A stretch of 64,000 nucleotides of DNA. It comes from the human T2T-CHM13v2.0 reference genome, Homo sapiens. Made by a program: the position numbers and the translations under genes. Location: NCBI RefSeq assembly GCF_009914755.1, contig NC_060937.1; one strand, written 5' to 3'. Under the pieces are notes generated by a model. The model had not been told where the DNA came from and did not search any database. It saw only the letters and a program-made list of their open reading frames with translations. Positions 28,287 to 43,100 of this stretch are shown here, in pieces; the first letter of the stretch is position 1; the number at the start of each line of letters is the position of its first letter.

Positions 28287-29918
28287 CACTTTTTAAAACG
28301 TGGGTGTCACTTTTGGGTCTATCCTGCCGGTGACGCTGGGCACTCTGCTACTCTCTTTGCCTTCAGTGGCCAGTGAAACTCGGCAGGGGGGTCGCCATGC
28401 AGTGGCAGAAGCCAAGGGCGATTGCACGTCCCCCAGGGGTGGGCCTCTTTGCACTTGGACCAGCACAGAGGTGTTCACAGGGCGGGTGGGGGGCTGTCCT
28501 GACCTGAATCACGTGCACAGACGTGAGTGTCCTGCCCGCCCCTCTCCTCAGGACACTTGCAGCTCCCACCTCACCTGTCCGAGAACACTGGGGCTTCCCC
28601 TCCTGACCTTAAGGTGTGTCGAGGACCTGGTGTCTAGAAAAAGTACACCGATGCCAAGTAGCCTGGCATCACATTAGCCACCCACTTGTCTCTTTGATCA
28701 TCTTCACGTTTTGCACTAAATTCATCTAAACTCTTGATCTTGTCTTTTCATTTCTTCAGCATTTCTCAGCAACCAAGAATCTGCCATATTTTTCTGCAAC
28801 TAGGAGGCAACGGCGAGGGAGCTTTAACCATGCCATCTCCTCACAGCTGGCTGTCCACAGAACTCATCTTCCATGTCGGGATGTGCTAGGGGTGCACGGG
28901 AGCGCCATTAGTAATTTCACCCAGGTCACAGCATGGACCTCGCTGGCCTGGGCAAATCAGACCACAAGTCAGCCCTCTCCCATCGCCTTCTCAGCCCTGC
29001 GAGGCTGGCCACGTGGCAGGGACTAGACTTGTCAGTTTCTTTATCACCCACCCCATGTCAAGTGCTGAAAATGCAATGGCCTTCACTAATTGTGCAGAGC
29101 CCTGACTGCCCCCAAGTACATCGCACCTTTTCATAAAAGTGTTCACAGAAACACCTCTCCTGTGACCAGACCCGGCTTCTTTAGTGGGTTATTTACTTCT
29201 TGTCTCCCTCTTCAAGAGCTCTGAGCTGGGTTCCTAGAGGGATCATAATCGCCAGTTCCACCATCTGCAGATGAACCAATCTAGATTCACCTTCAAATTT
29301 CCATTTTCTAGCATGACCTTGACAACCAATTAGTCAATCAAGAGACACACTTACTGAGCATAGATTCTACATGGCGATGCTCAGATACTGTGCCATCCCT
29401 GGAGGGGCATGGAGAAAGAAACCAAAATGCAGCTGAGAAGATGGGGTCTGCACACATGTCTTTCGAGAGATTCATGCCAAACATTTGATACAAACAATAA
29501 GATTAACATTCGCCAAAACTGTCTTTCCGACCGATTTTCCCACCACCCTCAGAAGTGCCTGCATCCTGCCTGCCGCTGAGAGCCAAAGCTTTGGAAGCAT
29601 TGTCAAATTTAGCTCTATTCTTATCTACTGCCAAATTCAGGGTCTTCTTCCCTGGAAAATCTTTTTGACAGTTCTTACTATAAAAATCTGCTACCAAGGC
29701 CCTCTAGACCAGCAGTCTGTGGCATACATCTCTGAGAATGTGATAAAAGTTCCAGGCATTGTCTTCTTAAAAATGCACTTGTGCACAGATTCATAAAAAT
29801 TTGCATATCATCTCAAGGGGTTCACGGGCCCCCCAAAAGAGGCCATGCTGTGGTCTAGACTGGACTATAGTTTCTTGACTCTCAACTTTTCATATATTTC
29901 CAATCTGGAGGTGATTAT

Positions 29919-30237
29919 TTTTGTTAGTCCATTCTCACACTGCTATAACTGCTATAAAGATACTCCTTGAGACTGGGTAATTTATAAAGTAAGGAGATTT
30001 AATTAACTGACAGTTCTACATAGCTGGAAGACCTCAGGAAACTTACAATCATGGTGGAAGGCAAAGGGGAGGCAAGGCATGTCTTACATGGTAGCAGGAG
30101 AGAGAGCGAAGGAGAAAGCACAATTTTTAAAACCATCAAATCTCATGAGAACTCACTCACTATCATGAGAACAGCATGGGGGAAACTGCCCCCATAATCT
30201 AATCATCTCCCACCAGGTCCCTCCCTCAACCTGTAGG
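29919..30237 (-). mobile_element. MST-family MaLR LTR (partial)
   Basis: ttagtccattctcacactgctataa...gagactgggtaatttataaag...cttacaatcatggtggaaggcaaagggga...actcactatcatgagaacagcatggggga. Confidence 0.9.
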
Positions 30238-32224
30238 GAGGGACAGGAACTCAAAGGATGATGACTGGCAGGTAGGCAGATGGGATCAATGGGTCATCAA
30301 GTCAATTATCTCTATGTAAAGGGTCAGGAGAAACAGGATATGTCCAGGGTTCTCACTAGCATACAAAGGCAACTGCCAGGTAATCTGTGTCACTTAACAG
30401 CCAAAGATATCACGCCTCAAATTCATAAGTAGATTCTAGAATTGTGGGAAAATAAATTGGCTGTTATTTTTAAAAAATCTCAATTCCCACCTACACAACT
30501 TACCCAGAGCACCCCCTAAAAGTGCAGTCACTCTCTTTCAACTAGTGATAAATGCTGGATTCCATTCAAGGTCACCGTGCAGGAACACTTAGTCTACTCC
30601 CCAGTGCCACCGTTGGGGGCTGGAGGTTTAGCCCTCCCATGCAAATTAGCAAAGTCCCAAAGCTTAGGCAAACATGACCAAAGGTGTGTAGGACTGTGGC
30701 ACCTAGAGAAGTGTTTCTGGACGTCTGCAGGCTGCCAAAGCTGGGGGCTCGCACCTGTGGCATTGCTCTGACCCAGGGAAGAGTCAGTAAAATGTTGTAG
30801 AGGTAGCGGCTGCTGCGTCTACCTAGAAGGCTATGAATGATAAGAAACTCAACCTAATTACTTCGCTTTGCCAACTATAGCTTTCAAGTTAATGCTACAG
30901 TTTCTCAAATGGCACAAGTGCACATCATATAGAACTAGAAAAAGTTGTATTAAAAATTTGACATTATCTTCTAGGAGTTACTGCCAATCATCTGACTTGA
31001 GATGGCAATTGACTCTGCTCAGAGATGGCAGATAGGCTCAGATACAGCAACCCAAACTCAGGCCTGCACTTTCGAACATGCTGTTTGAACATATTGGAAA
31101 CACCAGCTGATCTTCCTCACTCTGACACTTTAAGAAGACAATTGCCAATTAAGGAATCAAATTAAGGACCATTTCTAGAATTATTTTCCACCGAAAAGGC
31201 TCTGTAACCTAGCACACTTCATCAGAGCTTTTCACATTATACCCTTTCCCTTATTAACAGCGTGTCACTGTTGCAGGATAATGTGGGACATGCACTGCCA
31301 ATTGTCCAGGACAATTCGCCAACATATTTTGCCAAGAACTTTGACCTGCGTTTCCTTGTTTAAGCCTCTGAGTGTTCTCACAGCAATAGTTTTCATGTTT
31401 CTGATTCATTTATCCCTAACTCACAAATTAGGTTTCTTTTGCCCAGGAAACCTGGTAAGCCTTGGTCCTTGGAACCAGATTTTAATTTTGACTCTCAGAA
31501 AAGGCTCAAGTGCTCATTGTGACCAGAACTCCTCCAGGTTTGAGTAGGCGCTGAGCTGGAGGAGACGAGCCCCCAATTTCTTGGTGCTGCCATACATTGT
31601 GACAGTCTGTCCCTGAGGGTTGCCATTGTGCAGAGATGGTAGCACGACCACTCGGGTCCTGTGGAACTAGAGGTCTGAGGTGTGTCCCTGATGATTACAA
31701 GAGCATCTCTTTTCTCTGCCTGCCTCCAGCCCCTTCACACAGGGTCCGGCTGACATGGCCAAAGAGCAACACAATTTTAAGACAAAGGACAATATTCTTG
31801 CATCATTACAGTTGTGACACACAACATCCTCATCAAAGTGCCAAGAAGTCTTGCACACTGGAGAAACACATTTGCTGTCCACAGCCTCCCTCCCATTCCT
31901 CCATCTGGTATTTCCACATCTGATGGTTTCATCCACTCTAAACCCAAGTGGTATTTCCCATGGCTAGCTGTACTTAATTCCCAGGGAAGAGAGAAGAGCT
32001 CTGCAAACCCATTTCCTACTGGAGAGATATTTCAAAATTTCCAAAAATTGGAACAACTCAATGTCTGTTAGTCTCATGAATGTACTTCTGAGACACAAAG
32101 TAGACACAATTTCCTATAAAGGACTCCAGTCTCTTCCTTACAACTATTTTAACAAAGTTGAATTTGGGAGGTTGAACCATCCCTAAAATAGCAGAGAGGG
32201 ATATCCCTTTAAATAATTTCTAGT

Positions 32225-32380
32225 TCAGCATGATAAAAGGCAGAAATTGTTTGCTTCTCTGTATTCATCCCATAAATAAATGCTGAGGGCAGCAATTCTT
32301 TTCTGTTTGTCTCCAAGTCTAGAATAGTGCCTGGCACATAGTGGGTGTACAATAAATATTTCTTACATGAATGAATGAAT
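32225..32380 (+). mobile_element. L2 3' end
   Basis: ctagaatagtgcctggcacatagtgggtgtacaataaatattt...tgaatgaatgaat is the canonical L2 terminus. Confidence 0.8.
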
Positions 32381-32711
32381 ATCATTCATTTTATAGGAAA
32401 TGCACACATGGTCTACTTATGTAGTGTATATGTGTACATATGTTTATATGTATTTAAAATCTAATTTTGTGAAGTTAGATTACAGTTCTGTTCATTGAGC
32501 ACACTTAATATACAAAAGCCATAATGTCCTAGAAATAATCATTTTAATGTAAAAATGTACAAATCAGACTCATTTCCTTAAGACATGTACAGAGCTCAGA
32601 AGACTTTATGAAGTTGTATGTGAAGATCCCACTTTTAGACTCTTTAATGGATAAACATCCTCAATCTGCCAGCATGTTCAGATTTTTCTCTTAGGCTCTC
32701 ACACTACATGG

Positions 32712-32751
32712 TTTTCTTTCTTTCTTTTTTTTTTTTTTTTTTGAGACGGAG
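32712..32751 (-). mobile_element. Orphan Alu 3' tip (poly-A plus 9 nt)
   Basis: Long T run followed by gagacggag, then unique sequence. Confidence 0.6.
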
Positions 32752-32818
32752 ATTGTACAGAGACACAATAAAGGAATGGGCTGATTTTAAGTCCAAATCT
32801 TAAATAACTCCTTTTTGA

Positions 32819-33189
<371 letters not shown>

Positions 33190-33984
33190 TCATGGTAAAT
33201 GGCTTTCTGACCTCAACCTATGCTGAATTCTAAAATATTTACATGCAAATATTTACATGGCTGGAAGCCCCACCTCTGGAGCCCCAGAGACATTTTCTAC
33301 CATGGAAAATGTCAGGCTGAGGCAACCAGAGATGCAACCCCTCCAAAGTCAGCTCCAGCTCTCCGGGGAGACAGGTGCGCTTTCTAGCGGGGAGTGAGCT
33401 GCTGTGGGCAGCTGTCTCCACTGTGCTCAAGCCAAAACTCAGATGTGCAGTGCTGGCTAACTTCAGCCCTGCGCCTCTCCCACTTGATTAAGAGACCAGA
33501 GAAAGTTCTCAAAAGTGATTCCCATTTTGCACTCTGCCCTATTAAACTAGGACCTTCCCATAAATCGCTTACAGGAAGAAATCTATGACAGTCTCCTCTC
33601 TGAGTGGCTATGATGGATCTCATGAGAAGTGAAGCTACGGAGATTCTGCCACCACCTACGCGAAACCACGGCAACGTGCCTTGTTTCAATTTGCTTTTGT
33701 TCATCTCATAATTGTTATACCTCAAAGCCAAGGGCTCCATCTTGGAATACATTAGGGATAGAATTGTGCCCTCAAGAATTATGCACTCAAGATGTATTCG
33801 ATTGTTTGAATATCATTATAATCCCAATATTTTGTAAATTATCCAAGAAGCTGATCTCTTATAAGAAATAAAGTCGTAGTAAAAGAAAGATACTTCATAG
33901 TTTTAAGTACATACGAATATCGATAGTATAATCACGAAATCAATAGTAAAAGCTAACATTTTATGAATGCTCATCTGAAGATAC

Positions 33985-34810
33985 AAAGAGGCACAACAGT
34001 TTTTCCTCTGCTCTCACAACAAGCTTCTGACACCGGCTGTGTGGGAGGTTTCCCCACATACCAAGCAAGCAATCATTTCTTCAGGGGAGACCAGCTAGGC
34101 TTCCTTTAATTCCACTCAATTCTGATTCCATCTATCTGAAGACAGCATCAGCTCCCACAGATGAAGGCTCAGTCCCACAAGATTGCCCCACTTCAGACCC
34201 CATTGCCAGGAATAAATTGTCACCTATTCTTCTGTCCATTGGTTATAAATTGGAATTTCCATGAACCCCTCCTGGGGTTTGATTAACCTGCTAGGAAGGC
34301 TCACAGAACTCAGGGAAACCCTTATGTTTACTGATTTATTATAAAGGCTACTGTATTACAAAGGATACAGATGAATACCCAGAACATGGAAGAGAGGCAC
34401 AGAGCAAGGTGTAGGGGAAGGGGCAGGGCTTCCAGCCCTACCAGGGCATGCCACCTTCTAGGAACAGCTCCACATCTTCAGCCATCCTGAAGCTCCTCAA
34501 GCCCGTCTTTTTGGGATTTCATGGAAGCCTCCTTATATAAGGGCATGATTGATTAAATCATTGGCTATTGGTAATTAACTCAACCTCCTACACGGCCCCT
34601 CTCCCCAGAGGTTGTGAGTGGGGCTGAATCCATCCTTTAGCCTGCCTTGGTCTTTCCCAGGGACCAGCCCAACTCTGAAGCTGCGGGGTGGGGGGGCCAG
34701 CCACCAGTCAACTCATTAACATACAAAGACACTTATCACTTCGGATTCCAAGAATTTCAGGAATTGTATGCCAGGAAACAAGAGGAAGACCAAAGATCTA
34801 CTTCACAGCA
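33985..34810. mobile_element. MER21-like LTR
   Basis: ccccacataccaagcaagcaatc...ggctcagtcccacaagattgccccacttcaga...ggctcacagaactcagggaaac...attacaaaggatacagatgaa match recalled MER21 motifs. Confidence 0.8.
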
Positions 34811-34854
34811 TGAAATCTTATGATATGGCAGTCACTCATTTACCAGTATCGTGT

Positions 34855-35070
34855 CTGCGACCTTCACAACACAATAAAGGAATACGTTATTATCCCTCAT
34901 GGATAGATGGGGAAACTGAGGCACAAAGAAGTTAAGAAGGTTGCCCAAAGTCAAACAGCTAGTTGCTGTTTGGGCAAATAAATTTATTTTTATTAATTTT
35001 ATTATTAAAATCCATCACTAAAACTGTCATCAGGAATTCAAATCCATCTCATCTGACTCCAGAGTCTGAA
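34855..35070 (-). mobile_element. MIR (interrupted by an AT-rich stretch)
   Basis: attatccc...agatggggaaactgaggcacaaagaagttaagaaggttgcccaaagtcaaacagctagt; resumes at ggaattcaaatcc...tctgactccagag. Confidence 0.85.
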
Positions 35071-36699
35071 ACTGATGCCTTTTGCAGTCTCAGAACTTAA
35101 ATGAAAAGATTTGGAGCCAGAAGAGAACAGTGCAAGTGCTAAATTTTCAACGTAACATCTATCATACCATTACCAAAATTATTCTCACTTTAACTCAGGC
35201 ACATGTCCGAATGCAAAGTATAAGAACAATTCCAACCACCTGCATATTTCCTAATTCAGAGTAAGCGCTGAACACACACTTACTGAACAAATTTTAAAGG
35301 CCAAAAGCAAGATACTGAGCTATCAAACTATTACTTCCTACTTTGTTTTCATGTGAATTCTTACTCTTGTTTTACTTTCGCTGATGTAAAAAAAAAAAAG
35401 AGAGAGAGAAATGGGCCTTTGGTTACAAATTGGCTTCTCGCCTAGGACAATACCCAAAGTTATTTATGTTTTAAATAAATGATCTAGTCAAGAGAAAAAA
35501 AAATCCATATATCATAATATATTAATTGATGATAACCTCCATGGAAAAAAGAGAAAATATCTATGATCAACATGAAATAATAAAGAAGTATGAATTATAG
35601 AATTTTTTAAAAAAAGTTTTAAAAGCCTAAATTCCTGAAGAAATACAATCTTATTATTTTCAAGTATTTGGGAAAACAAAATCTAATTATTATGGAGGCG
35701 CCCAATGGCTATTTAGTCAGACTAGACAGGCTTTAACAATTGATAAAAAGCATCTGGCGCTAGCATAATGTTTACATGAAAAACATGTTTGTTAAAGATA
35801 AGCTAGGAATGAGAAATCTTTCAAGAAGATCGCCCACTACATATCCTACGTAATAAAAACCGTGTCATCCCCTTTTCCAGTTAATATTATTGATTCTGGA
35901 CCGGGTTTGTGTATGTGTCCGAAATAAATCGGATGCTGAGGCTGAACTAACCATTCCGTGGATGGTATTTTCCCCCATCACTGACCCATTTTCCTGCTTT
36001 GGTAAGTTTATCTTCATTGTATAGGCCATTTCCGGACCAAAATTTAGGAGTTATTTTAAACCACTAACCTTCAACCGTCTTTTATCTCTAGAAACCGGAT
36101 TTGGCGGTCGTTAAGAATTCCTCACCAGGAAGCCGAGTGGCCGGGCCTGGAGGAGGTGGGAGGGAGGCAGAGGACCCATGTTCAGAGTCCTGCGTCCCAG
36201 CGCCCGCTGACTGGCTCTGCCCTGGGTCGGCCTCTGAGCTAGGGCGCTGAGCGCATCCTGCCCAAGTGTGCAAGCTCGCAGGCTCGCCGCAGAGGATGGC
36301 AAAACTCAGACTGAAAGCAGATCAGTTCTGAGACACCCACGCCAGGCTCCCGAAGAGGGGAGAAAGCCACGGAGGGCAGAGTCTGCTCCAGGCACCGCTG
36401 TGCTCATTTACCATCAGCCCAGCCCTCTCCAGATCCACTCAGGAGCCTCCACTTCCTGACACGCCACATGCATGTTTCTGGAACCTTCCTCCCCCGCCCA
36501 TCTGACCTTCCAAACTGCACCACACAGCTGGAACCGGGATTGCGGGCAGGAGCAGAAATCAACGGAAAAAGAAGACAAAGAGAACGGGGAGGGCCATGTT
36601 ACATGCAGGGGTTCAGCCTCAAAGTGAGTGCAAACTAACGTCCCGGCACTGCAGGCCTGCACCTAAGGCTGCTCAAGCAGCGGCCTCAGTGAAAGAAGT

Positions 36700-36840
36700 C
36701 GGGCTGTCAGTAGCCGCACCCTCACCTGCTAGAAATGCAGATTCTCGGCATACCCCACACCTCCAAAAACAGAAGCTCTGGAGCTGTTTCGTGGAGCCCT
36801 CCAGCTGATGCTGCTGTGAGCTCATGTTGGACAACAGCTG
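36700..36840. mobile_element. MER5A-like DNA transposon remnant
   Basis: ctagaaatgcagattctcgg...cagaagctctgg...gccctccagctgatgctg. Confidence 0.65.
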
Positions 36841-39119
36841 AAGGAGATCCTTGTGTGGGCCCTTCCAGCCCCAAGGGGTCTTGATGTCATTACTTTGCTG
36901 TTTATGCTTCTGAATTTGTCTTTAATTTAACAGAGTAGTGCCTGGCACAAAGCAAGCTCGGTATAAATGCTTCACAGACATTAACTCACTTAATCCTTAC
37001 ATTTGCTCCCTAAGGAAAGCAACTGCCCTCATCCCCATCATACACATGAGGAAGACCAGGGCCCACACATTTCCCTGCAGGGCCTGTGACTGGTGCACAA
37101 CCAGTGTGTCCCTGGACTGTCTCCTCTCTGGATGTAGTTGAGACATTGCCATCGCCTTTCCAAAAAGTCGTGTGCACGTCTGACCCGTTAATGCCAGCTT
37201 CTTTGAGAAACAGACTTTTCTTTTGCCAGACTAATCGTAGGGTCCTTAGTCTGGTGGTAGCAAATACGTCACACACAACTCAGTATTAATTCTGTAACAT
37301 TAAAATGGCATTGCATTCTTTAAAAAACTCTAAAATGCAACTCAAAAATTCAAGCTAATGATAAAAAAGAGTTGCTTATATTTTAAAATGACATTTCAAA
37401 GCTGGTGCTCTTGGATGATATGAAAATAAATGCCACTGTGCTCAGAAATCAGGCATTACTTGCACACAAGGGAACTGCGGATCTGAAAATAAATTTTGAT
37501 TGTTTTATATTACATAGTAATATACATATAAATAAAGCATTATTAGAGATGTAATAGCCAAATCTTCCACCAATTAGATTAGATATTAATATTGTTTATT
37601 TAATAAATATGAAGGAAACAATACCAAAATGGTTATCATTGGGTTTATCTGTACAACGCTGAAACAGAGAACAAATACTGACCTAGTACCTTCAAAAATG
37701 CCCCATGTGCTGAATGTGAGGATTAGGCAAGGTTTATCTTTGTGCAATGAAGACACATAGTATTCTCCTCTGAACGTGCATCATCTGTCATTTTCTTCTG
37801 AATGTGGATCATCTCTAGGGATGAGTGTGGCTGCTGGGAAAAGTTTGTGGAAATAGCTTTCAAAACATTGAATTACAGCTGGAACACACTGGGTTTTGTT
37901 CTTCACAAAGGAATATCCTTGTTTTCTAAAGCAGAAACTTAATAAAATCTTTAAACAATTTTAATTGTGTCCAATACAGGAATAGTGTGCCTCCAGATCT
38001 TCTGCTGAATTGAGCAATGTTTATTTAAGTTAGCTGCACTCTCTATGAGTGAATACACAAATGGCTTCCCCAATTGTTGGTGTATTTGGTGAAATGAAAA
38101 TAGAGCAACTGACATCAAACTGGATGCTTCCAGCTCACGGCCAGTATCTCTGGCTGTGGTCCTTGCTGGAATCAGTGGCCACAGTACACTAAGATGTGTA
38201 TGTGTATGTATTACTAAACAATGGTAATTTTACAACTGAACAATGTACTGATTCTAAGAGCAACAGAAGATGAGGAGGTTGAATAGCTCTCCTTTATCAG
38301 GTAAGAGGTACAACAACAGAAACACAAAAGCCCAAGTGGCCTGGAAAAGATTGCTTTAATATCTGATTTGGACACTTGGCATTTGTCTTGTACCTTAAAG
38401 ATCAAGTGAGCTTTAAAACTCAGATAAAATGAAATGTTTTTATAGTATGCAGATTAAAAACCAAATCCAGCAAAGCTTCCACAGAGAAAATTACTAAACC
38501 ACGGAATAAACTATTTACATAAAGTGTTCAGCAGTGTACATATTTCCAAGTCATGTTTAGTCTGTGGTGGAATATCTACTCCAAATTCCAAATTAAGGGG
38601 AAACACCTTCGTTTGCCCAGATTCATCTTTGTGTTCACTAGTAATACCACAGGGGTGGACAGTGTAAGCCAGCAGGCAGCTCCCTCTAGGACACTCCGGG
38701 GGTGGGGAGGGGGCTCCCAAGAGAATGGCAGCTAGAAAATTGGAACCAATTACAAGTAATTAATTCCTGATTTCCTCCTCTGTGTCGGGCACTCTCCCAA
38801 ACATGGTGGGATGCTTTAAAAAGAAGTTATGTCCTGGCAAGTGTTGGAACCAAGACACAAATGACAATGTAACTCCAAGCCATGTGGCAGCAACCACAAC
38901 CAGCACCTCTCGAGTGCTTACTTCATGTGCACATGCTCTCCCTAGACATGGCGACTACCCTCACCGTATGTATTAGAGACTCCAAGCTCAAAGAGATTAC
39001 AATGCTACTGAATGGCAGAGCAAGAATTGCAATTTAGGCTGGATTTTTTAAAATCCAGATAGTCAACAATATTTCACATTACCACTCTGACTCGAGAGGG
39101 GATCACGTGGAAAAGGGGC

Positions 39120-40110
39120 AGGCTGCGAACTGTTTCAGGAGCTTCAGTGGAATGCGTGCTAGCCGAGGGAAGACGAGAGGACACTGCAGGCCGGGGAGCA
39201 GGAGAAGATGAAACAGCTTCTGTGGAATGCAGAGATTATCCTTCCTTACAGTTACCAAAGCCGTATGTCGAGGAGTAGCAAGGAATGAGGCCAGAAAAAT
39301 TTGACAGATCCGTACCACAAAGGGAATGCACAGCCAAGCCAAAAAGAGGGGGAGCCCCAGTGAGATAGTAGGTGGCCATGGCAGATCCTGAACCAGCAAG
39401 TCTATGACCATAACTTAGGGAATTGAGGGCAATTAGCCTCTCACAGCCTGAGGAATGGGCTGGAGAGCACGAGAGCTGGGAGGAGGGGCAGGGCCATGAG
39501 GGTTCAGTGGTGATCCTGGCACAAGGCAAAGAGAGCTGGAAGGGAGTCCCAGCCGTGGGAAGGGAAAGCTGCGGGCGCCTCTGGGAAGCATCCAGAAAGA
39601 AGCGGGAGACTTTGTGACTGAGCAGACGCAGAGGATAAAGAAGAGGAAAGGCTAAAGCCTCATAGTCTCTGGGCTCTGTACCCAGAAACATCAGAGGGCA
39701 CCAGGACCAAAATGGCAGAGTCGGGAAGGGTTGTCAGTCCAGGTAAAAAATGAGTTCAGTCCTGAACATATTTGCTCAGTTTGAGATCAAAGCAAGACAG
39801 CCAAGGGGAGGCGTCGCGTGGAAATGTGAAGACGTTGAACTGGAGTTCAAGAAGGAGTTCTGGAGTCCCCTTCAGGGAGTAATGGTGCATCATGGAGCAG
39901 ACCCCCAGTGGAAGTTAGAGAGTGCAAAGAACAAAGAGAACCACGCAGAGCTGCCCCTGCAGCTCACCCACACTGAGGGGCATGGGAAGAGGAAGAAGAC
40001 AGAAGCAGAGACACGGAAAGAGCGCTAGGAGGGACCCATGTCCCAGAGTTAGGACCAGGAGAACAATGGAGGGAAACGAGGCTGGAACCAGCTCACTGTG
40101 TACCAGACTA
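39120..40110 (-). mobile_element. Degenerate L2 fragment(s)
   Basis: Purine-rich region with L2-like motifs (atgagttcagtcctgaacatatt...tttgagat); boundaries approximate. Confidence 0.5.
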
Positions 40111-43100
40111 TCAAAGTCTTCACCCCAAAGTCATTCCTACAGTGTCAAAAGCCTCAGAAGAAATTCACCATTAAAACATGCTCTGGTTGATATCCCTTTT
40201 CATTGTATGCATAAGAATGGTAGGAATATGTCTTTTGTATTGTTCTATAGTTGACATTTTTTCATGGTTGCTTAATAATAGCAGGAAGAACAATGCTCTA
40301 ACACTATTTTAGGCATTCTATTGTTGCTTGAGCTGACTCTAGCCCAAGAACTCAAAATACCAAACCTCCTTGTGAGACATTTTAATGAGGTTAATCCTTC
40401 TTCAATTTGGGGAACAATTATTATAACAAATATCATAGAATTCATCAAAACCACTGTTGTCATTTAGCCACTTCTTGATGTTCTTCCACTGTCTACAAAG
40501 GTTTGTCTTAGATCATCACTGGTGGGTTCCATTTGTCTGCAAAATCTTTACCAGCTCTTAACTAAATAACTGAACTTGTTATGACCATCCTTGCCAGTTC
40601 TCAGAAATTTGCCAACAGCCTTGTTAATGAATAATGTAGGGTTTTGTGAATTCCCTCATGGCCTGGCCCAAGTAAGGGTAGGTTTTCTGGGTCAGTTCCT
40701 AAAGGCACTCCTGACTAGAATCAGTCATCCATGCCGCAACTTTCCAAACATCCCCTGCCTGCCTACCTGCCACCTCCGAGAAAAGGGACAGGACCACATA
40801 CTGGGGCCTCAGTTGGAGCTGGGAGCTCTTTTTTAACACTGGTCTCCTAAACCCTGCCCTTCCAATTCTTTCCACCCCTCTGAGAGCAAAGTTCAGCCAC
40901 CAAGATTGTTAATCACAGAAACAATGACATTTTGGTATCTCAAAGGAGCAAACTTGAAGGTCATCTTTCAGTGCAAAGACCCTTAGACTTGAGAGCAGAC
41001 AGGCAGAATGACCATGTCTTCTGTGTATAGTACACCATCACAGCGCACATGGAAATGACATGCTGGTGTATAGTTCCTATTTCTCCCTCATATTTCAGAG
41101 GCGGAAGCCCCTCCCAGAAGTTTCCTCTGAGTTCCCCAAAGCTGGATTCAGTGTTCCTATAGCCCTTCGATTCCCCTGATTGTGACATTTACCAGCCTGA
41201 CTTGGATTCGTCTGTTTCTTTTCCAATATTTCTCACCTGACCTTCCTGAGGACAGAGAGTGGGGGTGAGTCCCTGCCGCATGGCCAGCACCTGGCAAGGT
41301 CATGGCAGGAAGGAGGTGTTCCCGATGTGTGTGTGGAATGAAGGAAGGCACAAACGGGTCCGTGTGAGGAAGGGACAGACCTGCCAGGGAAACTGAGGTA
41401 TAGAGTTTGATGAGTACCCCCAAATCATCTGCTTAAAAGCAGGTATAAAATGTAAGGTCCTCTGGTGCCTAAAGCACACTCATCCTGTGTACACGTGACT
41501 ATTAATAATGTATAGCATTGATAATTCTGTGAATCTAGTCAGAGTACATGAACATTGTGTCTTCTGGTTGGTCTTAAAGTTATGTCCCTTCACCCTAGTC
41601 CAATTCCATCTATTAATATAAAGAGCTTGCAGATATAAGGAATAGCTTCACCAATATCACTCCTGAGATCCTGGGCGATGCTGCTCTTGTTGGGACTGAT
41701 TCAGAAACCAGCCTTCTCTTCTAAACTACATTTCCAGTAGAACATGGTCCATACTTATATGGGAATGAAATCTCACTTAGTTTGAACTCTAGGTCATTCA
41801 GTCCCAGAGGTGGTGACTAATGGTCAGGAGATGACAGTATTGCTGGACAAGCATCACCACACTGAGGGGAAAGTTCACGTTTCTAATCCTGAGAAATAAT
41901 CTGTTAAGAAGCATCACACAGAACCAGCTAGAGGGGAGTGTGAAAGCTGCTGCAGGAAGGGTTCATTCCGCCCAGTGCAACTGAGTGACTAAGAGTAGAG
42001 GGTGCTCACAATCAGAACACTGCTGGCACGTGTTTGTCTGGAGCCTGCAAGCTATTCCTCCTTTCTTGCTGAAGAAAAGTGGAGGAAGGGAGGAGCGGGG
42101 AGTAGAGTGGTAGGTTCAGCGTGGGATAAAATCAATGGTTTAGAAAATCCACCCATGAGTACGTAAACAATATGACCATAGCAGATACAGCAAATACAAA
42201 ATTAAACAGCCTTTCATGAAGAAAAAACAATAAGGGCAATTCATGCCTGGCACACAGCAGGTGATGTCTGGATGTACAAATGCAGGTGAAGTGTGATTCA
42301 GACAGTGCAAAGGAGAGGTAAGCCAACAGTCACTTCCACTGGCTTCTGAATGAGGATCTGATCAAATCCACAGCATCTTATCATTCAAAATGTGCTTTTA
42401 AATTATGTTTTGCTTGGATCAGTATTGAAGCTATTTCAGTGTTATGGTACATCTAACAGCTGATTTTGGAAGGAGGTAAGCCAAAATGTTATTGATGGCA
42501 TGAAAAGTGAGACAAATTTTAAAATTAGGCAGATTCAGTTTTTAAGTGATTTTCTTGTATACCCATACATCATCTGCACATTAAGCACTTTTCTCTAATT
42601 AAGCCAGGGAAAATACAGAGTAACGATAATATCTGTGAGGTCAGCTGTGATCAGAAGTGCCCACAGGCTGCATCTCTTAAAAACAGTCCATGGCACCTCA
42701 AGGGACACTGCAAAGACAGTGGCCGGGAATGTAATTGAGCTTTAGGAAATGATTAAAGGGAAGTAAAATCATCTCCAACTCAACATTAATGCGTTTGATT
42801 TCCCGGGTGAGAACAGGATTTGCGTAACTGAGTGGTTCTTTCTTTCTACAGTCCTGGATGTTTGGAAAGCCAGCTCTTACAGTTAGCTTTCTTTGCTTTG
42901 CTAACATTATCCATCAGAAAATCGAAATGCAAACAGCTCCTATTTCCCAATGAAGAACTTTCTCTGATTTACCTTACCATCATCAGGCGTCACCATCTCA
43001 CCTTGGAAGCGTTCAATCTTTTGGTCAATATTTCTAGACCAAAATAAAGTGCTCTCAAGCCTGTTCTTTGGAAAGTATTTTGTCATCATTACCAAAGAGT

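Noticed and set aside
27933-32122. Additional CArG boxes (27933-27942, 32113-32122) and scattered TEAD/AP-1 motifs
   Set aside because: A few such short motifs are expected by chance in 64 kb, and there is no clustering or independent support.
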